64,000 bases of DNA from Thermoanaerobaculia bacterium (lineage in GTDB: Bacteria > Acidobacteriota > Thermoanaerobaculia > UBA5066). This document shows positions 39,660 through 49,324 of the stretch, piece by piece (the first letter of the stretch is position 1; each line of letters begins with the position of its first letter). Made by a program: the position numbers and the translations under genes. A model generated the notes under the pieces. It was not told where the DNA came from and made no database searches. It saw only the letters and a list, made by a program, of their open reading frames with translations. The stretch spans positions 1,733-65,732 of the forward strand of contig DATKLW010000082.1 of assembly GCA_035542215.1 (NCBI GenBank). The letters are read 5' to 3'.

Positions 39660-41684
39660 ATGATCGCCTCCACCCTCTTCGCCATGGCCCTCTCCGCGTC
39701 CTCCGTCTCCCAGGCCAAAACCGAGCTCCTCGGAATGCACGGGGAGCCCCAGCGCTCCCGAATCGAGCGCGGGGTCGACCAGGCGGCGTCCCTCTGGCGC
39801 GCCTCGGACGGGGACGGGGCCGCCTTCGTCGCGTTCGCGAAGGAAAACTTCGCGTCCGACCCGGGCGTCCTCGACGGCCTCCTCCTGCGCTTCGAGGAGA
39901 ACCTCGAGTCCCTCGACGGGCACATGCACGAGATCGGCCGCGACCTCTCGCGGCGGACCGTCATCGAGATGGGTCCGATCCTCCCGGTCGACCGCCTGTT
40001 CGGCGCGTGGGAGCCCGCTGCGCACGCGGGCGAGGACCTCTTCGAGCAGAAGATCGCCTTCGTCGCGCTCCTGAACTTCCCGCTCTCGACGCTCGAGGAG
40101 CGCCTCGAGAAGGGCGACGCGTGGACGCGGCGGCAATGGGCGGAGGCGCGCCTCGCGCGCCGGTTCGAAACGCGCGTCCCGGCGGACGTCGCGCAGGGAA
40201 TCGCGAAGGCTTACGCGGACGCCGAGCTCTACATCGCCGAGTACAACGTCTGGATGCACCACGTCGTGGACGCGAAGGGGACGCGCCTCTGGCCTAAGGG
40301 GCTCAAGCTCCTCTCGCACTGGAACCTCCGCGACGAGATCAAGGCGAATTACGCGTCGAAGGACGGGCTCCAGAGGCAGCGCGTCCTCGCGAAGGTCATG
40401 GACCGCATCGTGACCCAGACGATCCCCGCCTCCGCCGTCGACAACCCCGCGGTCGACTGGGACCCGTTCACGAACGCGGTCACGGCCGCGCCGGCGTCCG
40501 AGGTGGAAGCCGGCGGCCGGCCGAAGCCCGCGGCGGCGGAGCGCGAGCCCGACACGCGGTACGAACGCCTCCTCGAGTGCTACCGCGCGGCGCGCGCCGC
40601 GGACCCGTATTCACCCTCGGAGCCCACGCTCATGCGCCGCCGGTTCGACGTGGACCGCGAGGTTCCCGAGGCGCGCGTGGAGGCGCTGTTCACGGAGATC
40701 CTTTCGTCGCCCCTGATCCCGCGCATCGCGTCCGTGATCGAAAAGCGCCTCGGCCGCAGGCTCGAGCCGTTCGACGTCTGGTACGACGGGTTCCGGCCGC
40801 GCGCGCAGCATCCCGAACCCGAGCTCGACGCGCTGACGAGGGCGAAGTACCCGACGGCGGAGGCGTACAAGGCCGACCTGCCGCGTCTCTTCGAGGGCCT
40901 CGGCTTCACGAGGGACAAGGCGCGCTGGCTCGCGGACAGGATCGTCGTCGACCCGTCGCGCGGCTCGGGTCACGCGCTCGGCGCGGAGATGAAAGGGGAC
41001 TTCCCGCATCTCCGGACCCGCGTCGAGCCCGGCGGCATGGACTACAAGGGCTACAACATCGCCGTCCACGAGATGGGCCACAACGTCGAGCAGCTCTTCT
41101 CGCTGTACGAGGTCGACCACTGGCTCCTCGCGGGCGTCCCGAACAACGCCTTCACCGAGGCGCTCGCGTTCGTCTTCCAGGCGCGGGACCTCCAGCTCCT
41201 CGGCCTGCCCGGACCGGGCGCCGAGGCGAAGAACCTCAAGGCGCTGAACGAGCTCTGGCAGACGTGGGAGATCGCGGGCCCCGCGCTCGTCGACATGCGC
41301 GTGTGGCACTGGATGTACGACCACCCCGACGCGACGCCCGCGGCGCTGAAAAACGCGACCGTCGGCATCTCGCGCGACGTCTGGAACCGGTATTACGCGC
41401 CGGTCCTCGGCGGGAAGGACGCGACGCTGCCCGGCATCTACTCGCACATGGTCGGCTACTTCCTCTATCTGCCCGATTACGTCCTCGGCCACCTCATCGC
41501 GAACCAGGTCGAGGAGCGCTTCGAGAAATCGGGCCGCCCCCTCGGCGAGGAGTTCGAGCGCGTCGCGAGGTACGGCTCCGTGTCGCCCGATCTCTGGATG
41601 AAGAACGCGACCGGCGCGCCCCTCTCGGCCAGGCCGATGTTCCGGGCGGCCGAGGCGGCCCTCGAAGCCGAGGGAAAGAAGTAG
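39660..41684 (+). CDS. Secreted HEXXH zinc metallopeptidase (gluzincin-like, M3-like fold suspected)
   Basis: Signal peptide MIASTLFAMALSASSVSQA. HEMGH motif with a downstream Glu candidate (NAFTEALAF). Large helical protein of 674 aa. Family assignment is tentative. Confidence 0.65.
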   Translation: MIASTLFAMALSASSVSQAKTELLGMHGEPQRSRIERGVDQAASLWRASDGDGAAFVAFAKENFASDPGVLDGLLLRFEENLESLDGHMHEIGRDLSRRTVIEMGPILPVDRLFGAWEPAAHAGEDLFEQKIAFVALLNFPLSTLEERLEKGDAWTRRQWAEARLARRFETRVPADVAQGIAKAYADAELYIAEYNVWMHHVVDAKGTRLWPKGLKLLSHWNLRDEIKANYASKDGLQRQRVLAKVMDRIVTQTIPASAVDNPAVDWDPFTNAVTAAPASEVEAGGRPKPAAAEREPDTRYERLLECYRAARAADPYSPSEPTLMRRRFDVDREVPEARVEALFTEILSSPLIPRIASVIEKRLGRRLEPFDVWYDGFRPRAQHPEPELDALTRAKYPTAEAYKADLPRLFEGLGFTRDKARWLADRIVVDPSRGSGHALGAEMKGDFPHLRTRVEPGGMDYKGYNIAVHEMGHNVEQLFSLYEVDHWLLAGVPNNAFTEALAFVFQARDLQLLGLPGPGAEAKNLKALNELWQTWEIAGPALVDMRVWHWMYDHPDATPAALKNATVGISRDVWNRYYAPVLGGKDATLPGIYSHMVGYFLYLPDYVLGHLIANQVEERFEKSGRPLGEEFERVARYGSVSPDLWMKNATGAPLSARPMFRAAEAALEAEGKK

Positions 41685-41692
41685 CGCGGCCG

Positions 41693-41720
41693 GGAACTTT
41701 CCGCGCCGGCCGGGGTCCAA
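41693..41720 (+). promoter_or_regulatory. Candidate ECF-type (RpoE-like) autoregulated promoter
   Basis: GGAACTT (41693-41699), a 16-nt spacer, then TCCAA (41716-41720), about 20 nt upstream of the ECF sigma ATG, which itself is preceded by GGAGAGGG. Confidence 0.45.
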
Positions 41721-41739
41721 CCGGGCAGGAGAGGGTGGC

Positions 41740-42396
41740 ATGCCGGCGCGGATCCTCGCTTTCGACGGCTCCCGGGGGGACGACGCGGGTGCGAGAATCG
41801 ACCCCGTGAGCGCAACCGTCCACGCGAGCGAGCGGGACTGGCCCGGCGACGAGCGGGCCCTCAGCCGGTTCCTGGCCGGGGACGTCCTGGGGTTCGAGCA
41901 GATCGTGCGCCACTACTCGGGGATGGTCTTCTCGCTCGCGGCGCGGCTCGTCGGGCCCGCCGAGGCCGAGGACGTCGTGCAGGAGACGTTCCTCAGGGCC
42001 TGGCACTCTCTCTCGCGCTTCCGCGGGGAATCCAGCCTCAAGACGTGGCTTTACGCGATCGCCTTGAACCGGGCGCGCGCCCGGCACGGGACGCTCTCGC
42101 GCCTCAAGGCCGTCTTCACGCCCGGAAAGACGCGCGACGACGAGGTCTTCGCATCGCTCGACGGCGCGGCCGATCCGGCGCTCTCGCCCGAGGAGAACGC
42201 CGTCGTCACCGAACGCCGCCGCCGGCTCCGCGAGGCCATCCGCGCACTTTCCGACGAGTTCCGCACGGCGGTCGTCCTGCGCGACCTCGAGGGGCTCTCG
42301 TACGAGGAAGTCGCCGAAGTGCTCGGCATCCCGGTCGGAACCGTGCGGAGCCGCCTCGCGCGGGGGCGCGCCCTGCTGAAGGAGAAACTCTCGTGA
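41740..42396 (+). CDS. ECF (group IV) sigma-70 family factor
   Basis: Region 2 (FEQIVRHYSGMVFSLAARLVGPAEAEDVVQETFLRAW, SLKTWLYAIALN) and region 4 (VVLRDLEGLSYEEVAEVLGIPVGTVRSRLARGR). Confidence 0.88.
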   Translation: MPARILAFDGSRGDDAGARIDPVSATVHASERDWPGDERALSRFLAGDVLGFEQIVRHYSGMVFSLAARLVGPAEAEDVVQETFLRAWHSLSRFRGESSLKTWLYAIALNRARARHGTLSRLKAVFTPGKTRDDEVFASLDGAADPALSPEENAVVTERRRRLREAIRALSDEFRTAVVLRDLEGLSYEEVAEVLGIPVGTVRSRLARGRALLKEKLS

Positions 42397-43478
42397 GCGC
42401 CCGCCCCGACGTCCCGCGTCTCGCCGAGGAGGATCTCGACCTCCTCATTTCGCGCTCCCTCGACGGCGATCTCTCGCCGGAGGAGGAGCGACAGCTCGAA
42501 CGACTCGTTGCCGTCGACCCCGAGGCCGGCCGGCGGAAGGCGGAGCTCGCCGCCCTCGTCGCGGACATGAAGGCTCTCCCCGAGCCCGCGACGCCTTTCG
42601 CGCTCGCGACCCGCGTGAACGCGAACGTCGAGGAGCGCGGCGGCCGGGCCGGCTCGCTCGGCGGGCGCGCGGGCTTTTTCCCGGCGCCCGGATTCGCGAA
42701 GGTCGCGCTCGTCATCCTCGGGATCGTCGGCGTCTCGATCGCCGTCCTCCGCCCTGCGCCGAAGCGCATGGCGGAGGGCCCCGTCGACGTCCTCCTCTAC
42801 AGTCCGGCCCCTCCCGCCTCCCCGGCTCCCCAGGCCCTGATCGCCGAGGCGAAGCCCGCGCACGCACGCGAACAGAATGCGCGCCGGCAGGAGACGGACG
42901 CGCTCGCGAAGGAAGAAAAGAACGAGAAGAGCGCCGCGAAAAGGACTTCGGAGAAGAAGGCCCTCGGCAGGCTCGACGAGGTTCCCGGCGGCGCGGACCG
43001 CGAGGCCGCAGTTTCGTCCGCGGCTTCGAAAGTCGTCGCCGATTCCGCGATGAAGTCCAAGGCCGACACCGACGACGGCGCGGTCGCCGGTGGCGCTCCT
43101 CTCCAGGCGCCCGCGAGGATCGCGGCTGCCGCTCCGGCCGCCGCAGGGGCGCGCGCGATGTCGGCGCCCGCGGCCGCCTCGCGCGGCTGGACCGTCTCGG
43201 TCCGCGGCGACGCGGCGCGCGAGTGGGCGCTGCGCCGCGCTCCGGACCGCGCGCCCGCGCCCGGCCAGAAGACCGTCTATGCCGTCGTGCTCGATGTGAA
43301 CGGACGGGTCGCGTCCGCGCGGCCGGTCGGCGGCTTCGCCGTCGACGCGGGCCTCGACACCTTCGTGCGCGGCATGGTGTTCGAGCCGCTCCCTCAGCCG
43401 GGGGGCGCGCCGCGCGACCGCGAGGACGCGCCCGCGGCCCCGGCGGCGGAATTCGAGATCGAGCTCTCGCCGCGCTGA
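42393..43478 (+). CDS. Anti-sigma factor candidate (single-pass membrane protein with a TonB-C-like C-terminal domain)
   Basis: The GTG at 42393 is in a GTGA overlap with the sigma gene. The cytoplasmic helical N-terminus has no zinc-finger Cys/His. One TM helix (FAKVALVILGIVGVSIAVL), then a Lys/Glu/Ala-rich linker. The C-terminal VYAVVLDVNGRVASARPVGG...LDTFVRGMVFEPLP resembles TonB_C. Confidence 0.7.
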   Translation: MSARPDVPRLAEEDLDLLISRSLDGDLSPEEERQLERLVAVDPEAGRRKAELAALVADMKALPEPATPFALATRVNANVEERGGRAGSLGGRAGFFPAPGFAKVALVILGIVGVSIAVLRPAPKRMAEGPVDVLLYSPAPPASPAPQALIAEAKPAHAREQNARRQETDALAKEEKNEKSAAKRTSEKKALGRLDEVPGGADREAAVSSAASKVVADSAMKSKADTDDGAVAGGAPLQAPARIAAAAPAAAGARAMSAPAAASRGWTVSVRGDAAREWALRRAPDRAPAPGQKTVYAVVLDVNGRVASARPVGGFAVDAGLDTFVRGMVFEPLPQPGGAPRDREDAPAAPAAEFEIELSPR

Positions 43479-43496
43479 GCTCCGTGGGCCGCGTTC

Positions 43497-43525
43497 TTGA
43501 CGCCCGGAACACCGCCGCCTACACT
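43497..43525 (+). promoter_or_regulatory. Candidate sigma-70 promoter of tRNA-Thr
   Basis: TTGACG (43497-43502), a 17-nt spacer, then TACACT (43520-43525), about 21 nt upstream of the mature tRNA 5' end. Confidence 0.5.
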
Positions 43526-43546
43526 CCCCGTCCCTTCGGAAAGCGA

Positions 43547-43622
<76 letters not shown>

Positions 43623-43651
43623 GCCTTTCTTCCCACGAGTCGACTCCGCGA

Positions 43652-44470
43652 TCAGTCCGCGATCCGGCGTTTCGCGACGTGAATCGCGTCCACGGGCCGC
43701 TTCCACACGCTTCGGCGCGCCTCTCCGTCGAGCCACGATTCCGCAGGGGCCGGTCTCCCGAACCGGAACCCCTGCGCGAACGGGATCCCGAGTTCCGCGA
43801 TCGTGCGTTCGTCCTCCGGGGTCTCGACGCCCTCGGCGATGACGCGGGCGCCCAGTCGGCGGGAGAGGTCCTGCAGACCCAGGAGAATCCCGGCCATCCG
43901 GGGGTTCCGGTGGACGTTCTTCACGAAGGACCGGTCCACCTTGATCCACTCGGGCGCGAGGTGGAGGAGGTGGTGGAGCCAGGGGTAGCGTGCGCCGACG
44001 TCGTCGAGGGCGAGCCGGATCCCCCGCCGGCGAAACGGAACGAGGCTCTTCGCGATCGCCCGCGCGTGCTCCCCGTCCAGCGACTCGGAGATCTCGAGGA
44101 TCACGCCCGCGGGGTCCACCTCGAGAGCGTCCATGAGCGAAAAGAGCGCGTCCCCGTCGAGCGACATCGTCCCGGCCTGGATGTTGATGAAGAGCTGGGA
44201 ACCTCTCGGGAGCGCCCGGCCGGAGCGCAGCGCCGAGTCGACGCACGCGAGGTCGAGCTGTCTCAGCACCCCGTCCTCGAGGGCGTGGCCGCGCCCGAAG
44301 AGCGTCTCGGGCATCGACAGCGCCGTGCCGCGCGGCCCGCGGAGGAGCGCCTCGAATCCGAGCTTCCTGCCGCTCGAGAGCTCGACGATGGGCTGGAAAG
44401 CCATGGACAGGAATCCGCGCGCGAGGAGAGACGCCACCTCGTCGCCGGCAGGCGCCGGACGGGCCTTCAT
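43652..44470 (-). CDS. Stand-alone EAL-domain c-di-GMP phosphodiesterase (last gene of the che-like operon)
   Basis: The ATG at 44470 is in an ATGA overlap with the cheB stop. The motifs EALLR, QLFINI, EISES, DDVG, IKVDRSF, EGVET and QGFRFGRP are all present, so it looks catalytically competent. No REC, GGDEF or sensor domain. Confidence 0.88.
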   Translation of the reverse strand: MKARPAPAGDEVASLLARGFLSMAFQPIVELSSGRKLGFEALLRGPRGTALSMPETLFGRGHALEDGVLRQLDLACVDSALRSGRALPRGSQLFINIQAGTMSLDGDALFSLMDALEVDPAGVILEISESLDGEHARAIAKSLVPFRRRGIRLALDDVGARYPWLHHLLHLAPEWIKVDRSFVKNVHRNPRMAGILLGLQDLSRRLGARVIAEGVETPEDERTIAELGIPFAQGFRFGRPAPAESWLDGEARRSVWKRPVDAIHVAKRRIAD

Positions 44471-45552
44471 CGCACCGCACGCTCGGCGCGCGCGGCCCGG
44501 AGAATCGCTCCGGCGATGCGCGAGAGCGGTTGGACCTCGCAGACCGCGCCGCGCGCGATCGCGGCCCCCGGCATTCCGAAGACGACGCAGGACGCTTCGT
44601 CCTGCGCGATCGTGTGGGCGCCGGCGAGCTTCATCTCGAGAAGGCCGTCGGCGCCGTCGGTCCCCATGCCGGTCAGGATGGCGCCGACCGCGTTGACGCC
44701 GGCGGCCTGCGCCGTCGACCAGAACAGGACGTCGGCGCTCGGGCGGTGGCGGGACACGAGCGGACCGTTCGTCACTTCCACGGAGTAGCGGGTGCCCGTC
44801 CGCCGGAGCCGCGTGTGCCGGTTGCCCGGCGCGACGAGGGCGCGCCCTTCGCGGACCGGGTCGCCGTTCTCTGCTTCCTTCACCTCGATCGTGCAGACCT
44901 CGTTCAGGCGCCGGGCGAATGCGGCCGTGAAGACCTCGGGCATGTGCTGGACGATCACGAGTCCCGGGGCGTCCGGCGAAAGCTCCTTGAGGAGCTGGCC
45001 GAGGGCCTCGGTCCCACCCGTCGACGCGGCGACGACGACGACGCGATCCGTCGAGACCGTCGGCGGCGCGCCGTGCGCGGGAAACGCCACCTTCGCGCTG
45101 ACGCTCGGCTCGGGCGGGCGCGCCGCCGGGCCGCGCCGGCGCACGCGCGCCCGCGCCGCGGCCCGGACGGAGTCCGCGAGGAGGGTCGCCGATTCCTCGA
45201 GGAAGCCCTGGACGCCGAGGCGCGGCTTCGTGACGATCTCGATCGCGCCCTCCTCGAGCGCCCGCAGCGCCGCTTCCGTCCCGGGGCCGGTCAGCGCCGA
45301 GCACACGACGACGGGGATCGGGTCGGAGCTCATGACGCTGCGAAGGAACGTGAGCCCGTCCATCCGCGGCATCTCGAGGTCGAGGAGGATCACGTCGGGC
45401 CGCGCCTTCTTGATCCGCTCGAACGCGATGATCGGGTCGGCCGCGATGTCGACGACGTGTCCCTCGCGGGCGAGCATTCCGCCGAGGACCTCGCGCACGA
45501 GCGCCGAGTCGTCCACCACGAGAACGCGGAGGGGCGGGGGCGGCGCGCTCAA
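44467..45552 (-). CDS. cheB: Chemotaxis response regulator protein-glutamate methylesterase
   Basis: REC domain (RVLVVDDSALVRE...DLEMPRMDG) plus a methylesterase domain (AASTGGTEAL, VQHMP, LTGMGTDGA). The start is proposed at the TTG at 45552 (TTGA overlap with the cheR stop). Confidence 0.9.
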   Translation of the reverse strand: MSAPPPPLRVLVVDDSALVREVLGGMLAREGHVVDIAADPIIAFERIKKARPDVILLDLEMPRMDGLTFLRSVMSSDPIPVVVCSALTGPGTEAALRALEEGAIEIVTKPRLGVQGFLEESATLLADSVRAAARARVRRRGPAARPPEPSVSAKVAFPAHGAPPTVSTDRVVVVAASTGGTEALGQLLKELSPDAPGLVIVQHMPEVFTAAFARRLNEVCTIEVKEAENGDPVREGRALVAPGNRHTRLRRTGTRYSVEVTNGPLVSRHRPSADVLFWSTAQAAGVNAVGAILTGMGTDGADGLLEMKLAGAHTIAQDEASCVVFGMPGAAIARGAVCEVQPLSRIAGAILRAARAERAVR

Positions 45553-46430
45553 CGCCCGGCCCCGCTCCGGCTTCCGCGGGGGAGCGCTTCGCCGTTCGTG
45601 TACGCCGATGGCATCAGCGGGCGCACGCGGTCCGTGATCCCGTTCAGGGTCTCCGCGTGGCCGACGAAGAAGAAGCCGCCGGGCGCGAGCCGGTCGAGGA
45701 GCCGGGAGACGGCGCGCCGCTTGCCGTCGGCGTCGAAGTAGATCAGGACGTTCCGGCAGAGGATCGCGTCGAAGGGTCCGTCCGGCGGCCAGTTGTCGCC
45801 CGCGAGGTTGATGCGCTCGAACCGGACGAGCGCCCGGAGCTCGGGACCGGCCTTCATCTTCCCGTCCTCGGGACCGGTTCCGCGAAGCATGTAGGCCTTC
45901 AGGAGGTCCGGCGGGATCTCGCGGGACCGCTCGAGGGGCCAGACGCCCGCGCGCGCGCGGGCGAGCGCTTTGGTCGAGAGGTCCGTCGCCAGGATCTCGA
46001 GATCCCACGTCTTCGGTAAGTACGAGGCCAGGAGCATCGCCAGCGAGAACGGCTCCTCTCCCGTCGAGCAGCCGGCGCTCCAGATCCGCACCCGGTGCGG
46101 CCGTCTTCTTCGCGACCCTTCTTCGAGCCAGGCCGGGAGGACGCGCTCCTTCAGGAACTCGAACTGCCCGGGCTCCCGGAAGAACCGGGTCTCGTTCGTC
46201 GCGATCGCGTCGAGCATGAGGACCCGCTCGTCCGCGCTCGCCTCGACGCGACCCAGGTACTCCTCGAACGAGTCCAGCCCGAGCTCGCGCAGGCGGCGGC
46301 CCAGCCGCCCGACCAGAAGCGCCCTCTTGGTTTCGGAGAGGTTGATCCCCGATTCACGGAGGATCATGGCCTGGAATCCGCGGAAGACGCGGGGCGTCAC
46401 CTGTTCGAGGCCTGGCGACGTTCCCCGCAT
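45549..46430 (-). CDS. cheR: Chemotaxis protein methyltransferase
   Basis: The ATG at 46430 gives a CheR N-terminal helical domain, TRFFRE and the SAM-binding motif IWSAGCSTGEEP. Confidence 0.9.
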   Translation of the reverse strand: MRGTSPGLEQVTPRVFRGFQAMILRESGINLSETKRALLVGRLGRRLRELGLDSFEEYLGRVEASADERVLMLDAIATNETRFFREPGQFEFLKERVLPAWLEEGSRRRRPHRVRIWSAGCSTGEEPFSLAMLLASYLPKTWDLEILATDLSTKALARARAGVWPLERSREIPPDLLKAYMLRGTGPEDGKMKAGPELRALVRFERINLAGDNWPPDGPFDAILCRNVLIYFDADGKRRAVSRLLDRLAPGGFFFVGHAETLNGITDRVRPLMPSAYTNGEALPRGSRSGAGR

Positions 46431-46437
46431 CTTCGGC

Positions 46438-48111
46438 TCAGAAGCGCCTGAAGTGACGGTCCGACTCGGCCGCATGGGATCCGACAGCGCGCTTCGTGAC
46501 GACGACGGCGGGCTGCGAGACGACCGCCCGCGCCGGAAGGGTCCGCGCCGCGTGCGTCCCTGAGACGCTCCGCGGCTCCGGCCGGGCCTGCAGCTCCGGG
46601 GCGCCCGTGCGGAAGAACGCAAGGACCTGCTGGAGGCCCTCCGCCTGGGTCGCCATCTCTTCGGCGGTCGCGGCGAACTCTTCCGCCGCGGCCGCGTTGC
46701 GCTGCGTGACCTGGTCGACCTGGTTCATGGCGCGGTTGACCTGCGTGACGCCCGACGCCTGCTCCCGGGACGCGGCGGCGACCTCCTGGACGAGCTCGGT
46801 CGTCTTGCGGATCGCGGGAACGAGCGCGCCGAGGGACTGGCTCGCGCGCTCGGCGACCGTCACGCTCGACCCGCTCAGCGTGCTGATGTCCCGGGCGGCG
46901 GTCTGGCTGCGCTCGGCGAGCTTGCGCACCTCGGCCGCCACGACCGCGAAGCCGCGGCCGTGGTCGCCGGCGCGCGCCGCCTCGATCGCGGCGTTGAGGG
47001 CGAGGAGGTTCGTCTGGTAGGCGATGTCCTCGACGAACGAGATCTTCTCCGCGATCGACCTCATCGCTCCGAGCGTTTCGGAGACGGCCTTCTCGCTCGC
47101 TTCGCCCTCGCGCGCGCCCTGCACCGCCATCTCCTCCATGCGCCGGCTGTTCTCGGCGTTCTGCGTGATCGACGCGCTCATCTCCTGGAGCGAGGCGGAG
47201 GTCTCCTGGATCGAGGAGGCCTGTTCTCCGGCGCCGCTCGAGAGCTGCTCCGATCCGGATGCGAGCTGGCGGGACGCCGCGGCCGACTGGGTCGTCGAAC
47301 GCTGGACCTGGACGAGGACTCCCTCGAACGTCTCGAGCATCTCGTTCAGCGACGCCCCCATTTCTCCGATCTCGTCCCTGCCGTGCGAGGCGATGCGCGC
47401 GGAGAGGTCTCCGCCCGCCGCGCGCCGGGCTTGCGTCGTGACGTCGACGAGCGGGCCGACCACACGCGCGGCGAAGACGAAGCCCGAGGCGACGCCGATG
47501 GCGACGAGAGCGAGGATCACGAGGATCGTCAGGATCGTCGTGCGGCTCGATGTCGCCCGGATCCGCTCGGCGAACGCCTCGGCGTTCTTCTGCCGGACCC
47601 CGGCGAGCTTCCCGAGGATCGCCCGCGCCTTCTCGAACTTCCGCTCGCCCTCGCTCATGGACAGCTCGATCGCGTCCTTCCGGGCGTCCGCGGACTCCTC
47701 CCCGAGGAGCCGGACGGCCTCGAGGGAGGACTTCTCCCAGTCCCCGTAGAGCGCCTCGAATTCGGGCCGGAGGGCCTTCTCGTCGTCGCTCGAGGGAACT
47801 GTCTTGTACTTCTCCCATGCCGCCCTCGCCAGGGTGAGCCGCAACCCGTGCTCCTTGCGCGCCCGCGCGGCTTCGTCGGACGCCTGCCTGACGAGCATGA
47901 GGCTGCGCTCTTCGACGCGCGCACGCTCCATGTCCCGGTCGATCTCCGCGATCGACGCGAGGGCGGGAAGGTCCTCACGGGTCGCGACCTGGAACGCCGA
48001 GGCCGCCCAGCGGAAATTTCCGAGGTTCCAGACGCACGCACCGGCGCCGATGAGGCTCCCGAGGAAGAACGCGCCGATGAATTTCGAGCGCAGCCTGATG
48101 TTTCGGGTCAT
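46438..48111 (-). CDS. Methyl-accepting chemotaxis protein (four-helix-bundle-like periplasmic domain + HAMP + MA domain)
   Basis: Two TM helices, HAMP, and the invariant hairpin [42 protein letters not shown]. Confidence 0.92.
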   Translation of the reverse strand: MTRNIRLRSKFIGAFFLGSLIGAGACVWNLGNFRWAASAFQVATREDLPALASIAEIDRDMERARVEERSLMLVRQASDEAARARKEHGLRLTLARAAWEKYKTVPSSDDEKALRPEFEALYGDWEKSSLEAVRLLGEESADARKDAIELSMSEGERKFEKARAILGKLAGVRQKNAEAFAERIRATSSRTTILTILVILALVAIGVASGFVFAARVVGPLVDVTTQARRAAGGDLSARIASHGRDEIGEMGASLNEMLETFEGVLVQVQRSTTQSAAASRQLASGSEQLSSGAGEQASSIQETSASLQEMSASITQNAENSRRMEEMAVQGAREGEASEKAVSETLGAMRSIAEKISFVEDIAYQTNLLALNAAIEAARAGDHGRGFAVVAAEVRKLAERSQTAARDISTLSGSSVTVAERASQSLGALVPAIRKTTELVQEVAAASREQASGVTQVNRAMNQVDQVTQRNAAAAEEFAATAEEMATQAEGLQQVLAFFRTGAPELQARPEPRSVSGTHAARTLPARAVVSQPAVVVTKRAVGSHAAESDRHFRRF

Positions 48112-48132
48112 GGGGTCTCCTTCGCGGACCTC

Positions 48133-48702
48133 TTACTTGCCGATTGCCTTCTCGAGCCGTGTCAGGTTGACGCCCACGACGAGGACGCCGATCGGCTTGC
48201 CGAACGAGAGCACCGGGGCCGAAATCTGGATGTCATACGTGTCCGTGTCCGAGTCGAGCTCGGGCGGGCCCTGCCAGGGCATCCCGGTCCTGAAGGGGAG
48301 GTCGAACCGGGGCTGGCCCGCGTAGAAATAGTTCTCGGTCTTCTCGGTCATGGCGATCTGGTCCCCCCGCGTCCCACAGACGAAGGCGCGAACGTAGATC
48401 CCGTTCGAGCTTTCGAGCCTTCGGGCGAGGACCTTCCCGGCGTCGTTGGTCATGTAGGTCCGGAGGAGGTCGTCGCTCCGTCGAACCGTCTTCCATTTCT
48501 CGTTGTCCATGCCGCTGAGGGGCCCCATCTGGTTCTTCCAGATGACGGTCTTCACGAGGAGCGGGTCGGCGGCCCAGGCCTTGATCTGGACGATGTGACG
48601 GTCGAGCTCCTTCTGGAGCGCCGCGGTCATCTCGAACGTTGCGAGCGCCCGCCACGCGAGGACGCTCGCGAGCACGACGGCGAGGGTTGCGAGTTTTCTC
48701 AT
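48133..48702 (-). CDS. Secreted stand-alone Cache/PDC-like sensor-domain protein (paralog 2, 189 aa)
   Basis: The ATG at 48702 gives the signal peptide MRKLATLAVVLASVLA. The motifs WAADPLLVK, GMDNEKWKTVRR, YVRAF, TEKTENYFYAGQPRFDLPF and GKPIGVLVVGVNL resemble periplasmic Cache/PDC modules of receptors. No TM helix or output domain. Confidence 0.6.
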   Translation of the reverse strand: MRKLATLAVVLASVLAWRALATFEMTAALQKELDRHIVQIKAWAADPLLVKTVIWKNQMGPLSGMDNEKWKTVRRSDDLLRTYMTNDAGKVLARRLESSNGIYVRAFVCGTRGDQIAMTEKTENYFYAGQPRFDLPFRTGMPWQGPPELDSDTDTYDIQISAPVLSFGKPIGVLVVGVNLTRLEKAIGK

Positions 48703-48722
48703 GCTTGTCTCCCTTGTCTGCC

Positions 48723-49295
48723 TCACGGCTTCGAGCTCGGGTTCGAGAGCTTCGAAAGGTTCACGCCGACCACGAGGACGCCGACGGGCTTTCCGCGCGA
48801 GAGAACGGGCACCGCGATCTGGACGCCGTGAATTTCGGTCACTGTGTCGAGCTCGGGCTTTCCTTGCCACGTCTTGCCGGTCGTGAACGGAACGTCGAAC
48901 TTGGCCTGCCCCGCGTGGAGATAGCTGATCGTCTTCTCGGTGAAGGCCGCCTTCTCGCCCCGTGCGCCGTTCAGGAACGCCCTCAGGTAGAGGCCGTCCG
49001 ATTCCGAGATCTTCCGGCCGAGGAATTTCGCGGCCCCGTTCTGGGAGAGGTCCTTCACGACGTCGTCGGTCCGCCTCACGGACTTCCACTTCTCGTTGTC
49101 CATCCCCGCGATGGGGCCCTTCTCGTTCCGGTCGAGGACGGCCTTCACGACGATCGGGCTCGCGGCCCAGCCCTTCAGAACCTCGGTCTTCTGGGCCAGG
49201 ACTTTCTCGAGGTCCGGCGTGATGTCGACGGCACCGAGGGAACCTGCGAGGCCGATCACGAGGAGAGCCAGCGGCATTCTGAGGGTGGGTGTCAT
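48723..49295 (-). CDS. Secreted stand-alone Cache/PDC-like sensor-domain protein (paralog 1, 190 aa)
   Basis: The ATG at 49295 gives the signal peptide MTPTLRMPLALLVIGLAGSLGA. About half of the aligned residues are identical, by eye, to the adjacent paralog (GMDNEKWKSVRR, YLRAF, TEKTISYLHAGQAKFDVPF, GKPVGVLVVGVNL). Confidence 0.6.
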   Translation of the reverse strand: MTPTLRMPLALLVIGLAGSLGAVDITPDLEKVLAQKTEVLKGWAASPIVVKAVLDRNEKGPIAGMDNEKWKSVRRTDDVVKDLSQNGAAKFLGRKISESDGLYLRAFLNGARGEKAAFTEKTISYLHAGQAKFDVPFTTGKTWQGKPELDTVTEIHGVQIAVPVLSRGKPVGVLVVGVNLSKLSNPSSKP

Positions 49296-49324
49296 CTCGA
49301 TCTCCTTTTCCTTTCGCCCTTCTC

